Of a stretch of DNA of 64,000 nucleotides, positions 17,701 through 30,380 are shown piece after piece (the first letter of the stretch is position 1; every line of letters begins with the position of its first letter). Location of the stretch: NCBI GenBank assembly GCA_964016885.1, contig OZ024740.1, positions 64,170,001 through 64,234,000 on the forward strand, in the 5' to 3' direction. The DNA comes from Eledone cirrhosa (taxonomy: Eukaryota). The notes below the pieces were generated by a model. That model was not told where the DNA came from. It did not search any database and was given only the letters and a program-made list of their open reading frames with translations. Position numbers and translations under genes: made by a program.

Positions 17701-18295
17701 GTATCTCTGTTCCAGGTATTATTTATCTCAGTATTCAGATCATTGTCTGCTTCGGGTGGTTCCTCCGCTCTCAGGACCTCCTCACCTTCATTTCCCGCCG
17801 GCTCGCTTGTCTGGCATACTACACCCGCCATCTCCAAGCCATTCTCTCTGCTCAGTTCCTCCAGTTCCAGCTCGCTTATCCACCCATTAGTTCTTATTAC
17901 CCGAGCCTGCCCGGCCAATTTTTGTTCATCTAATTTAAATAAACCAATCTCGTTCCAGATGTTATGCATCCGTCTCCTGTAGCCCCTCTCCTTGGGGTTA
18001 CTTTTCAGGTAGCATTGCATAACAGTTCTATTCAATTCTTTCGTCCAGTTGGTTCTGGCCCCTTTCCTTCTTCTTCTTCCTCCAACATCAGCAGTATTTC
18101 GTTGACAGTCAGGTTCCTGCTGCTGAGCCAGGGGGCACCTGTTGGGTGGGAGTCTGTCACATGACGTTCTAGTCTCCATTTCACCGTTATTCGAACTGTT
18201 TATGTTCGATATTTAAACACTCTTATCGAGGATTGGCGAATGTATGTTTACATAGCCATCTGTGGATCCGCCATCCCACTTGGCCCTTGTGTGGC
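14711..18295 (-). mobile_element. Apparently full-length R4/Dong-clade non-LTR retrotransposon in (TAA)n
   Basis: Single intact ORF; 3' UTR abuts the triplet tract at 14649-14711; 5' boundary approximate. Confidence 0.9.
14787..18179 (-). CDS. RT plus CCHC plus restriction-like endonuclease polyprotein (1130 aa)
   Basis: N-terminal WTKELN..CY..GYRRRM..W; RT motifs KSPGPDG, NYRPITCL, IDYRKAFDMVPH, GIFQGDSLSP, LFMDD, YKYLG; CRIC..ETVAHIVSEC; RHD; RPDLVV..VDVACP..EKINRYQDL. Confidence 0.95.
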   Translation of the reverse strand: METRTSCDRLPPNRCPLAQQQEPDCQRNTADVGGRRRRKGARTNWTKELNRTVMQCYLKSNPKERGYRRRMHNIWNEIGLFKLDEQKLAGQARVIRTNGWISELELEELSRENGLEMAGVVCQTSEPAGNEGEEVLRAEEPPEADNDLNTEINNTWNRDTATEEMNADGLGQDSVDILNLVVDELNNDSGRPMNLRFVDRKKLKETTAKVNKVIPYLEARSLHQCNNILKATANTVRKLLGIKARGNNRQERAEPWWKKRLSGQIGEMRNDIGKLESLLNGTLKNIGTKNRLEIKYKTRSKKLNIIIEELKQRIVAKSAKIRRYENRVSQYKQNRMFDNNQKMLFGQLEGKERGTDLIPGAEQAKTFWRGIWEQDVRHNAQAGWIETVQREIGEQAQQQTDLSITVETLKGQAKKLTNWKSPGPDGVQGYWIKHLTSLHPKLTAMFNDCLVSGEVPEWLTKGTTVLIMKDRIKGNDVTNYRPITCLPVMWKLLTSIVSEEIYHHLHTNNLLPDEQKGCRKKSRGTKDQLLIDKMVMGNCRRRHTDLAMGWIDYRKAFDMVPHSWITKSLEIFRVADNIRELLGRSMGSWETELTSTGVSLGSVKIKRGIFQGDSLSPLLFVLALMPLTIMLRKVRAGYKLGRGELTINHLLFMDDLKLFGKSEKELDVLVDTVRIFSSDICMQFGIGKCGVIVMRRGRLSRSNGIQIPTGEMIKEIDSEEGYKYLGVLEADGIKNKKMKELLRTEYIRRVRSVLKSHLNSRNAISAVNSRAVSIIRYSAGILRWNVAEQKEMDRKTRKLLTIYNMFHKRSDVDRLYLRRSEGGRGLISIEDCVQMEKNNLYKYVTYSKEPMLRAVLKEGRVGQGIPKEEITSRRKSSLKGKSLHSTFFEKTEFRDPQTWNWLRRGDLKKATEGMLMAAQEQALKTRWLKHHIYKEEASPLCRICGEREETVAHIVSECKHLAQTHYKGWRHDVMGRVIHWHLCKVNNLPHSEKWYEHRPEAVMENSQVKVLWDFRIQTDKKLEHNRPDLVVVDKEERSCLIVDVACPFDTRVQEKEREKINRYQDLKWEVKRIWNCHEVKVIPIVIGALGTISKGFQGWLKKIGPFTLFGTLQKACLLGTARTLRYVLNI

Positions 18296-19129
18296 ATTAT
18301 CACCACGCTGTATACGGACACACATAAACAAACAAACACACGGGCAGAAAGGGCCCCAAAAATGAATAAGCATAAGTTTCATTGTAATGTAGTATTCGAA
18401 TGTCTGACTTAGTTTTTGTTTTTTAAGTTTTACTTTTTCCCCCCTCTTCTCTGTCCGTCCGCCTGCCTCTCTCTTCATTCTTATTTTCTTTACGTTTTGG
18501 GGGTTTCTTTTTTTGTTTTTGTTTTTCTCTGTTTTTCTCGTTTTTTACTGTTGTTGCTGTGCTGCTTTTGTTGTTTATTTTTTCTTTTTTCTTTTGAGTC
18601 TATCTATATATTTTGATGCCTTCCTCTTTTTTAGCAGTAGGGATTCTATAATGTGGTGGCAGCAGCCAGCTAAAAGAAGAAGTGGGAGACTGGCGGCGGT
18701 AGCGATACTGAGACAGTGGTGGTGGTGATGTCGATACCGAGACAGTGGTGGCGGTGATGTGACCGTATTACTGTAGCGATGGTGCTGTAGCGGTGGCAGC
18801 AGTGAAGGAGTGAAGGGGTGGTGGCGGCGGTGATGGGATAATGGTTGTAATGATGGCCGTAGTGATCGGTGGTGGTTTAGTGTACACAGGTGATAGGGTG
18901 GGTGGTGTATCTAGTTTCTGGTGTTGGTGAGTTTGGCTGTTCTATATAGTGTATACAGAGGAGGAGGGGGGGGGGGTTCTTCTTCCATTTATAGCCATTT
19001 TCTTTTTTGGATATACAGTGTACAATACAAAGTTGAATATTTGAATATTTGAGCCTTATAACAATATATTTTGGGTCCGAATTTTTTGGGGCTCAAGCCG
19101 GGTGCTTTACGTAGCATTTGTACTAAGAG

Positions 19130-19234
<105 letters not shown>

Positions 19235-19532
19235 ACAAACTACACATATTGCTGAATGTTTAATTTACCACCGGCTACGTAAGAGTAATAAGACCTTATT
19301 GGATAGACAAACATATAACTTGTCATTCAACGAAATGCGAGGCCACATGTATTCAGCTTGCTCAAAAGATTTGCTGTTCAATTACATCTTATCTTTCTCC
19401 TTCTCACTGTTACTTTACAAGGTATCTATTCCTACACTCATACATATATAAATGTGAATTTCATGAATATCCACTAATGTTTTAAGCATATACATACACA
19501 CACACACGCCCCCTCCATATATATAATATATA

Positions 19533-19605
<73 letters not shown>

Positions 19606-20029
19606 AATATATATGTATTTATAACATACATAAATACACACACACACTCTCACACACACAGACACACATATATATACACACACATATATTTAATCTAAGC
19701 GAAGACGCCTCTCATAGAAATGTACTATGAGGTATCTGTCAAACATTGACAGTTCAAAGGTCAAATTGCACGATCAAAATCCTGCGGTCTTTTTATATCG
19801 ACTTTTGTTCATATGCTTACACCAGTAAAACTGTTCCAGCTCTCTCCTTTCCCATCTCTTCATTTTGTTATTTTGTTCACTGTTGAACTAAATCTTTCTG
19901 ACGAATATTCAGATATGGTAGAGAAATTGTCGATATATTTAGTCTCATTGCCTAATGTTCGAATCTTTCCACGACTAATGTTTGACCTTTTTTCTCCCTA
20001 TCCAGAAGGACTGTAAATTGATAGAATCG

Positions 20030-20200
20030 TTAAAGAATAGGAAAAAGAATCTGTGGTATTTGTTCCGGCTCTTATCTTTCTGATTTCCAATCCCGCTGAT
20101 GTCAATTTTACTTTATATCCTTCTAGGGTCGATAAAATAAAGAACCAGTCATGTAAACATGTTTTCCTTAACTTAAAATTACTAGCATTGTGATTACATA
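20030..20200 (+). mobile_element. Degenerate SINE
   Basis: aatcccgctgatgtcaattttactttatatccttctagggtcgataaaataaag resembles the SINE core. Confidence 0.65.
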
Positions 20201-20734
20201 AAATATCATCTTTCAAGCCGAATAAAATATATTACCAATCATATTCGTGTGTTGATTCGATATGCTGCTCCCTGTGATTTTCAGAAAAACCTGTATGATG
20301 CCTTGCGAAGGCCATGACTACAGAAATGTTCATATAGTATGTACGTGAACTTATTAAAACTGAGCTAACATCTGTAAAATATGTTAAATATGAACAGAAA
20401 AGGCTAGTGGTGACGAATTATTAACAATTTCGAATCCGTTAAGAAATAGGCAAATTCCAGCCGAGCGATCCTACACTAAGCAGTCTTGATATCACTTCCA
20501 ACCTGGCTGCGCATATCAAACTTGTCCATGAAGATTATGATCAGATGAGGTGAAAGTACGCACTCTTGGCGGAGACTGACACCCATATTGAATGGTTTCC
20601 CCATTTATCCAAATACAAATACTAGGTCATTCGCATGGAGACATTAGGGCAAAAGGTTGTTAATCGTTTCCACACTCCTGCAGAACCTACTTTAACAAGT
20701 TCCGTGGTACATGGCCATATGCGTTTTGGTGGTC

Positions 20735-20820
20735 TATGAAACATGTCTGGCAAACGTAGCTGGAGAACAGTTTGGTTTTCTCCCTGGACGCAGTAGAGCC
20801 CACCAAATGCAATGGCGTCT
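20735..20820 (+). pseudogene. Possible highly decayed non-LTR RT fragment
   Basis: Translates as ANVAGEQFGFLPGRSRAHQM, like the RT QxGFxPGRS motif; flanks not interpretable. Confidence 0.35.
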
Positions 20821-21369
20821 GTTCTACAATTCCATATGGAACAGTCGAATAAAATAACTATAACAAGCAACATGTGTAGAATACATTTTCTCCGTTCTTT
20901 AATATTAGCGCACACGTAATCTTCCTCTAATTGTATAGTCTGTGATGAAACTCAACGGCTTAAAATACGTACACACACACTTACGTACACGCACTCTCAC
21001 CAATACAAATTCAATAAGCTAAAGTTTGAACTACTTATTATTTGCAAGTTTCATATAATCATTTCTCATCTCTTGTCAAATTAGCATTAATATAAGCTTT
21101 AATGAAATCTGTTTCGAGCTAAAAAAAAAAAAAAAAAAAAATACGGGCGACATAGATACAACATTGCTTTTTCTCGACAAAATGGCGACTGGAATTTGAG
21201 GAATTATAAAAAGGACTTTAAAAAGGTCAGAAAAACTAATATATTCTAGATTTTAATATTCTACTGCAAAACTGGATATATGTTAACAATATAATTATAT
21301 TATAGTATATTTAGTGTTATTAACATACGCATGTATGTATGTATGTGTGTATTCATGTATGAATGTATG

Positions 21370-24300
21370 TTCTTCTGGTTTTATAATTTCACAAATGTTT
21401 CCCAATAGAGAGAGAGAGAGTCGGTTTCTAACATAGACACAAGACACTCTCATTGGAATTTACATAACATCAACTAGGTAGATTAGTATGAATGCATGCA
21501 TGTGTAGATATGGATGTTATTGTATGTGTGGATGTGGATGTTTTGAGTTGTATGTGTGCATGTGTATATACTTTGTATCTGTACATGTGTACATGCAGTT
21601 ATTAGATGCAACATTTTTGGAATGTTTTACATATTTTTACTGTTCCAGTAATTGGATTGTACTTGTAATTTCCTAACTAGTTGTGTTCTTTCTGTTCCTG
21701 TGAAGCCTAGCTTCTCAAGATTTGTATTGAGGCAGTTACTAACATACCCCAGTGCTCCAATAATCACAGGCATAAATCTGAAGGTGTAATCAGGGTGGAG
21801 TATCTGCAGATTTCTCATCAGTTCTGCATAAATATTCTCCTTTTCGCTAATCTTTGATATTATATTGGCATCTGCTGGGCAGCTAATTTCCACTACTGTG
21901 CATGCTTTCTTCTCCCTGTCCCATATCATAATATCTGGTCTGTTATGCCTGCATTTTCTTGGGGTTTTTAGTGGAACATTCCACCAGTACTCTTTCATAT
22001 TATATACGTGGATGTCTTCCACATTGCTGTAGCTTTTAATATGTTTATTATCGGGGTTTTCCTTTACAAACTGCATTGTACAGTGTTTTGGCCACTACAT
22101 CATGCCTCATAGGTAGATAGTACCGCGATGACATCTTTGGACAGCTGCTGATGACATGGGTGATATCCTCGATGTTAGTTCTACAGAGTCTGAACTTGTT
22201 ATCATATCTAGGTGTTTTGCCTGCATCCCTATTTCTTTTATGAATCAGGTATTTCGTGTTAATCTCCTGTTCTTGGATTGCAAAAGCGTATCCTTCAAAG
22301 TGGGAGCCAATATAGCGGTTGTTGGTCCAAGATAAACTATTTTCCTTATCTATATTACTCTCACTCTGGAGCTTCCTGGCAACATATCCATGCATGATTT
22401 TTTGCTGATAAGCATGCAATATTTCATCCATGGATTCTCTGCGATACTGCTGAGTGACTTCCCTGGCTGTGAGTTTTTGATTATCCCACAGGGAATATCT
22501 CTCGAGAAGTTTCTTCCAAACTCTCATGATCTTATCTGTTTCATGCAGATAGACTTGCTCGAGAGACGGGCTCTTACGCTTCGAGGTTCGTAGATGTTGT
22601 CGGAGGGATATGATGCGACATTCAAATGTTGTCTGGACTGATGTTAGGCCTCTGCCTCCCTGCTTACGTTAAGTAAAGGCGGTCTATGTCACTGTTGATG
22701 TGGAAGTTTCCGATGTTTTCTTTTAGTATTTTTTCGAGTTCCAACATCAACTGCTCGGATTTCGCCTATCGTCCAATTGAGTATTCCAAACGTTGGTGTT
22801 AGGACAGGCACAGCAAACACATTGTGAGCCACTGTTTTCTTTTGCGCAGAGAGTTCCGATGACCAAATCTTTCTTAATCGGGTGTAGTATTCCCTGTTTA
22901 CGCGTTCCTTATTACAGATACCATTATAGGATATGTTCTCATCTATCCCCAGGTATCTGTAGCAGTCCTCATCAGATATCGGTGAAACAGTTAGGCCATT
23001 GATGACAATGTTGCTAGTTTGGGTTGTTGTTTTTCCCCGCTTTTCAGTCATGTATGAGCATTTATCTTGGCCAAACTCCCTTCCTATATCCTTTGAGAAC
23101 GTTGTAACCAGGTCAAGATTTTTCTTTATCTTATCCATGTTCTTGGCATAGAGTTTCAGATCGTCCACAAAGAAATTATGGGTTAGGTTCGTATTTCTGC
23201 CCTTCTGTGAGCCAATGATGTATCCCTCACATTTCTTGAGCAGAAAGGACAAGGGGTTTAATGACAAGATGAATAATATCACAGAGAGACTGTCCCCCTG
23301 AAATATACTCCTGCGATATTTTATTTTATCAGTGAAAATAGAGTCCTTCCTCTCTGTCCTTAACCTTAGGATAGTAGCCCAAGAAGAAGACAGCCTCTTT
23401 ATGGCTCTGACAATAATGTCTGGGACTTTAGCAAGTTGGAGGGCCTCTAACATCCAAGAGTAGGGAACAAAATCGAAAGCTTTCCTGTAGTCCAGCCAGA
23501 CTGTAGCCATATTCTTCCTAAGTTGTCGCATCTCCGACATCGCAGTTTTGTTGATTAGGAGTTGTTCAGCACATCCCAAAACCCCTTTCTTTCCAGCTGC
23601 TTGTTCATCTGTGATGATGTTATTATTTTCACAGAGATCTTGGAGGAATAGGTTCAGGCAGGCTGCATACATCTTATACATCAGGTTCTGGCATGCAATG
23701 GGTAGGTAGTTTTTTGCCAAGTGGGTGTCTTTGTTCTTGGGGACCAGTAATGTTTGTGCTAATGTCAACCATTCTGGTATACGTGTATCTCCCTTAAGAA
23801 CTTGTTGGTAGAGGTCAGTAAGATACCTCCGATAGAATATCAGTTTTTTGTACCAGTAGCCGACACTTATGTCTCTTCCTGGTGTTTTCTTATCTTGAAG
23901 TTTTCCTATCACAGTCTCAAGAGTACCCTCACTTATTTCGTATGTTTTTGTTGTAGTGTAGGAACAATAGTTCTTTCAGATTTCTCTTAGCCACACTGCA
24001 TCTTGGTTGAAATTCATCTTTTCACCTCATATTTTGCTCCAAAAGAAATCTATGTCTTTCTGGGATGGGGCCTCAGTGACAATTATTATTTTGTTCTTCA
24101 TATCTCTATAGACTGATGTTTGGTTTCGTCTGAATCTTTTAAGCACTTTTCTCTCATCTACCTTCAGGTATCGGCGTTTTTCGCTAACAGCACTCAATTC
24201 TTGTTTGAGTGTGATCAGCTTATATTGGAGAGTTCTGGTCCTACTGTTACCAAACACCGTCTCTATTTTATTTTTCACTCTTTGTTGGTGAGGAGTGAGG

Positions 24301-25175
24301 TTTTTTGTGTTTGTTTGCATGCAAGGAGCATTGTCACATATCCTATGGTTTTTCGTAGGTCAGCAGTCTTTTTTTCTATTTTAGTTATATATGATGGTAT
24401 TTTTGGTGGTGTTCTGTTCTTGTTAATATCTCTGCTATCACCAAGATAATGCTTCACTGTGGTTGATAAGGCATATAAACAGGCGTTGATTTGCTAAAAT
24501 GTTGGGGTTTTTATCCGTCGTAAATATTCATCCCATATTTCGTCAATAACACGTAATAATTCTTTATTTGGTTTTGTATTAAAAATTGTCGTTTTAATAC
24601 GTTCAGCAAGAGAGATATTTATACATGAATTAATTTCTCTCTGGAAGATTTCGTTGAGGGAAAGTTTCAATTGTTTATACTTTTGATTATTATTATTATC
24701 GATAGTATTTTCCACAACAGTCGAGGTAGACTCGGATGGTACACGTGAAGTCAAATTTCTTCGATTATTATTATTATCGATAGTGTTTTCCCCAGCATTC
24801 GAGGTACAGGTGGTGTCATGTTTCTTACAGGCATAATTGTTTCAAAGCGCTGTTCGACCTGGCTGCTAGGAAGTCTAGCAGCATGGCGACCTGTATCACG
24901 TGTTGTTGATCCCATGTTTGTTGTGGGGGACTTACAATTAATACTATTTATCTTATTTTTACGTTCAACCAACGTCGCTTGTTGGGGTAATTGTTTCGCT
25001 GTGAAATAATTTAGTTCTGGGTGCATTTCGTCCCAGTGTAGCTTCATTCTGTTCATATAGCCAATGGAGGGATTGTCTTTTGCCATTTTATAACAATTAA
25101 ATAAATCATTATTAAGTTCGCAACTCCAAGAGAAATGTGATTTATAATTTCGGTTTCTTCTGTAGCTACAACTGA

Positions 25176-25176
<1 letters not shown>
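21370..25176 (-). mobile_element. Decayed R4/Dong-like RLE element, family B, flanked by (TATG)n
   Basis: Fragments GYMNRMKLHW, WLDYRKAFD, IFQGDSLS, FFVDD, YLPMRHD, NRPDIMIWD..VEISCP; (TATG)n-type repeats at both ends. Confidence 0.9.
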
Positions 25177-25206
<30 letters not shown>

Positions 25207-25266
25207 TGTATGTATGTATGTATGTATGTATGTATGTATGTATGTATGTATGTATGTATGTATGTA

Positions 25267-28200
25267 TTATCTCTTTCTCTTAATTTCGAGTATATTTTTT
25301 GACCGGCCACCTTCCTGGTGGCAAGGTTGTAAAAGAAAAGAAATCGTCATCCCTTGAATCGCAAGAATGTTTTGCAAATTTTGAAGGTGTCAGCTATCGC
25401 AGCCATTTGTAGACTATGAATTAGGGAGCTGCGCTTTTTGTCCGCAAATCCAAGTTCAGTCATACTTTGGTCCAAGCGGGTTGGTATATAACTCGTAGCT
25501 CCAATAATGATGGGTATGAAGCTAAAGGTGTATCTTGGATACTGGATTTGTAAACTCCTCACCAATGGTCCGTTGATGTCCCCCTTCTCCTGTATTTTTC
25601 TGACAACGTTTACATCAACTGGGCAGCTGATCTCCACAACAGAACACGTTTTCAATGTGTGGTCCCAAACAACAATATCAGGCCGGTTGTGCTTTAACTT
25701 GGTGGCAGTTTTTATTTTCAGGTTCCACCAGTATTCCTTATTGCCATCTGTCTCAATATATTCCTCCTCGTTTGTTGTTAATTTTGTTTTCCGAAGTGCG
25801 TTCCAGATGGTTCTAGCTATCCCATCGTGTCTCATGGGGAGGTAGTAGCGAGATGACATTCTTTCGCAGCTGGCAACAATGTGGCTTACATCCTCGATCT
25901 TTGTTTTACATAGCCTACATTTATTGTCAGCTGCTGGCCCTCCCCTTTTGTGCAGCAGATATTTGGTAGGGAGTTCTTGTTCCTGTATTGCATAGAGATA
26001 TCCCTGAAGGTGTGATGTCATAAACTTGTCGGAACTCCATGCCAAGCTTTTTGAGTGGTTTATTCCCTCTATGTGTTTTACGTCTCAAGTATCCATGCAC
26101 AACTTTTTCTGTAAATTGGTCAATTTTTTTTATCTTGTTTGAACATTGAATAGGATCTTCCGATTTCTCTGGCTGAGAGATTTATATCAGTCTTTATTCC
26201 ATATCTCTCCTCCAGATCAGTCGCTATTCTAATGATATTTTTTTTTCATGCTCAAACCTGGGCAAGATGGTTGCCAACCTTTTTCCTCTGTTGAAGGTGT
26301 TGCTTCAGTGTTACTATCCGGGTCTCATATGTTGTTAATATGGATTTTAGACCCCGGCCACCTTCCTTGCGTGAGAAGTATAGCCAATCCACATCACCAT
26401 TGATATTAAAGTTCCCAGTAACACTGAAAAGTTTGCGAGTTCTAACATTCATCTCACTTAGTTCTTGCAATGACCAGTTCAGCAGGCCAAATGTTGGCGT
26501 TAGAATTGGCACAGCATAAGTATTGTGGGCAATGTATTTGTTGTACGCTAATAGTTCTGATGACCATATTTTCTTTACTCTTCTGAGGTATTCAGTTCTG
26601 GTTCTCTCCTTATTTATGGTTCCATCATATCTGACATTCTCATCCTGTCCAAGATATCTGTAGTTGTCACCTGACTGTAGAGGTGGTATTGTCAGGCCGT
26701 TCATCTCTAGATTTCTAGAGGAGGGCACAGCTCTTCCACGTTTTACTGCCAAATATGCACACTTGGACTCACCAAATTTCATTTTGATGTCTGTTGAACA
26801 TTGTGTAATGAGGTCCAATTGTTTCTTGATGTCATTGATATTTGGCCCATACAACTTCAGTTCATCAACAAAGAAAAGATGGGAGATACTTCTGGACCCA
26901 CTTCTTTGTCCACCTTGTTTCCTGAGTAGGTAAGATAGTGGATTTAGTGAGAGAACGAAGAGTAGCACTGACAAGCTATCACCCTGAAAGATGCCCTTCT
27001 GGTAATGTATCTTATCAGTCTTAACTTGCTCCTTCTCACCTCTAAGAATCAAATTGGTGTACCAGTTCTTGGTCAGGTGTTCAACAGCAGCTACCAATGG
27101 TTGTGGGACTTTGGCTAACTGTAAAGCCTTAATAATCCACACTATCAAATGATATTTGATAGTCCAGCCACACCACAGTCATGTTTCTGCGATTCTTTGT
27201 TGTTTTTTCCTGAATCATTTTATTAGTTAGTAGGTGATCTATGCAACCCCACACCTCCCTCTTTCCACCAGCTTGCTCAGGTGTTATGATGTTGTTGGTA
27301 GCACAGTGATCCTGTAAGAACACCCAGTATATAATTTATACATGATGTTTTGGCAGGCTATTGGGCGGTAATTTTTACCAAGGGTGGTTTGGCTATTTTG
27401 GGGAATGAGGAGAGTAGTGGCAGTTGATAACCATCTGGGCAGTTCTTGTGTGCCTTTAATGGTTTCTGTAAACAGCCGTATGAGATCTTGTTGATAGAAA
27501 GTGAAATACTTCAACGAGTATCCTATAATGAGGTCTGGGCCTGGTAATTTCCTATTCGACATTTTCTGTAGATCTGTTTCCAGTATTGACCCATCTATGT
27601 CATATTTATTGTCTGGACATGTTGGCAGTAGTCCTGTTCCATTTCTTTTAGCCAATTAGTTTGTCTGTTGAATCCGTCATCCGTTTCCCATACAGATCTC
27701 CAGTAGCTCTCAACCTGTTCTTTTGAAGGTGTGTCATTTACAGGAATTGAGCTTTTGCCACCGAAGCTGCGATAAACTGATTTAGGATCTCTGGCAAACA
27801 ATCTATTTAGCACTTCTCGTTTATGTGCTGTTGACTTATATTTTAGTCTTTCTGTTGTAGCTGTGAGTTGTTGTTTCAACTGGTGTAATTTGGAGTTCAA
27901 AGTTTTAAATTTTGTATCTCCAAATCGTCTCTCTAACTTTTTTAAATCTTCCTGGTGTCGTGAAGTTGCTCTCTATGTTGCATTTCATAACGACTGTGAT
28001 GTGTGAGATACTTCGTCTCAGGGACAAAATTTTGCTTTTTAAATTTCGCATCCACGCTGGTTCAGGCTTTTTGTTTGTATCTTCATTGCGTCGTTTTAAA
28101 TGTGTGTTATATGTTAGCAAAATGACAGCTGAAACATAAAATATTAAGCGTTTCAAATGTCGTTTCTACATCTTTAGATCGTATAGCCTTCAGATAATTG

Positions 28201-29444
28201 CTAGTTATTTCGTTCACCGCTTCCAATTACAATTTAGTGGGTTCTTTACTGATTCTGGTGTTGTATGGTCTGTCACTCACATTAAGGCTGTGTATCTCTT
28301 GAAACATATCGTCCCATATCACTTGTAAGGTGTCCACAAGTTTTTGGTGTTCTGTTTGTACAGTAGAGTCATGAATTTCAGCCTCGTTGTTGATGTGGTG
28401 ACAATTACTACTAGAGTTAGCTGACCATTCTCGCTGTTCTTTAGTGGAAGTGGGATGGATTTCAGTAAAATTGTTGGTGAGCTGTTCACTGTTAGATTTA
28501 GCTGGCCATTCTCTTTGTCTGTCAGTGGAGGTGGGGTAGTTGTCTACAAGGGCTGTATTTGTAGTATCACTCAATTCCGTTAGATGTATCAATTTACATC
28601 TAATGATACGTTTTGCCTGTTCATTTAAATGCTTTGGAGGAAAGTCTAATTCTGGGTGTTTGGAGTTCCATAAAGTTTTTAGCCTTTGCATAAAACCGAA
28701 CTTTTGGGGTTCAGATTGTTTGTATGCTTCATATAATTCTCTGTTAAGCTCGTAGCTCCACTGTATACAACGGTTGTAGTTGCGATTTGGTCGAAGGAGA
28801 CTTGTACTGTTTGCCATGATGAGTTCGTCAATTCCCTAATATTTCGTATTTATTTTTCAAAATAGTCGATGATGTTCTTTAAAAGTTTCGACAAAGTTCT
28901 CTCAGAATCAAATTTAAAGTTATTCACAGCTTGGGTGATATTTCTTTTCAGTTGGTTTTTAATTCTATAACTGTGTTTTAAACGTTGTTCTTGAATCGTT
29001 TGAATCGAGAACAACAAGAACCATTACTTAGTATATTTCTTTATGAATGTAATATAATATAACAACGCTGTATTTATATGTTAAAGTTTATGTATCATTC
29101 ATATAAATAGGTGTTCTACAACTTATTCACAACATATTCATAGTTCAAACACTTATGTTTTTGCTTCTGAATCGAAAGCGTTACTTGTATATTTCTTTAT
29201 AAATGTAATATAACAACGTTGCATTTATATGTTAAAGTGTATGTATCGTTCATATATCATTAGTGTATGTATCGTTCATATATCATAAGTGTATGTATCC
29301 TTCATATAAATAGGTGTTTTACAACACACTTACAGTTCAAACACTTATGTAGAATTATTGTATGTAATCTTACCGCGTAATGTAGCTCAACCTTTCCAAT
29401 ATATGGTATGTTGCCTTCATGTAAGCCGTAATTACACACGTCCG
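25267..29444 (-). mobile_element. Decayed R4/Dong-like RLE element, family C, flanked by (TATG)n
   Basis: Fragments WSYELN..YEAY..GFMQRL..W, NYRPIACQN, GIFQGDSLS, FFVDE, CRLC..HIVASC, RPDIVVWD..VEISCP. The region 28830-29444 is assigned as 5' UTR by position only. Confidence 0.88.
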
Positions 29445-29524
29445 TATGTATGTATGTATGTATGTATGTATGTATGTATGTATGTATGTATGTATGTATG
29501 TATGTATGTATGTATGTATGTATG

Positions 29525-30141
29525 TCAGGTCACCAGTTGGTCACCAGTTGGTGCTACTGGTAACATGTATCCCAGTACAACCTGTCTCATGGTCGGGTCG
29601 TTGGCGACTAAACTGGCAACCCCACCAAGGTTTCTTGGTGAGGAGGGTGACTTTGGACATCCTGCAGGACTAAAAACAAGACCTGTCAAAGGGCAAAGGA
29701 GCTCTTAAGAGTCAATGGCCATCCAAAATCACAGGGAGAGATGACCCCTTAGCCTTTGTTAAGGCAGAATTCTAGGAGAAGGAAAACTCTGATATAACAC
29801 CTGCAACCCTGATGGTATCCAATGATGTTGACTTGAGCTTCTTTTTGGTAAATATCATCTTGGTTAAGAGAGTGGTACTGGCTTTGTGCAGTGCCTTTGC
29901 TCACTATAAAAGCTTCACGGCATAGGCATTGCTTTATATCTGGAGATATCTCTGCACATGTCATCACATGTACCATGGGCCCAGCACTATATGTCAATAA
30001 TGGTCACAAGTGGGGTGTTTGTGCCAGAGTTTTCAAGTCGCTGGCTGGACTAAAAAGTCACACTCGTTCAGCGCATCGGTAGGCGTTCTCCTACATGGAT
30101 ATAAAGTAGTGGCCGTACTCGAAAACGAGTTGGCAGCCACC
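29525..30141 (+). mobile_element. Non-autonomous RTE-like element (putative 5' UTR fused to 3' end)
   Basis: 3' part encodes C2H2-like VCARVFKSLAGLKSHTRSAH then a short UTR and (ATGT)n tail; 5' part homologous to 63837-64000. Confidence 0.65.
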
Positions 30142-30341
30142 ATGTATGTATGTATGTATGTATGTATGTATGTATGTATTCATGTATGTATGTATTCATG
30201 TATGTATATATACATGCGTATATGTATAAATGTGTGTGTATCTCATTCCTGTCATACATATACATATATATGTGTAGGTGTGTGTATGTGTTTGTAAGTG
30301 TATGCGTTCACACACACTCGCGTTCACACTATATATATATG

Positions 30342-30377
<36 letters not shown>

Positions 30378-30380
<3 letters not shown>

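Noticed and set aside
14860-18164. Plus-strand ORFs over the Dong element (likewise antisense ORFs over Tx1)
   Set aside because: Antisense shadows of long retroelement ORFs with no independent motifs.
18180-18320. HDV-like ribozyme in the Dong 5' UTR
   Set aside because: Short stems exist but no nested double pseudoknot could be built by eye.
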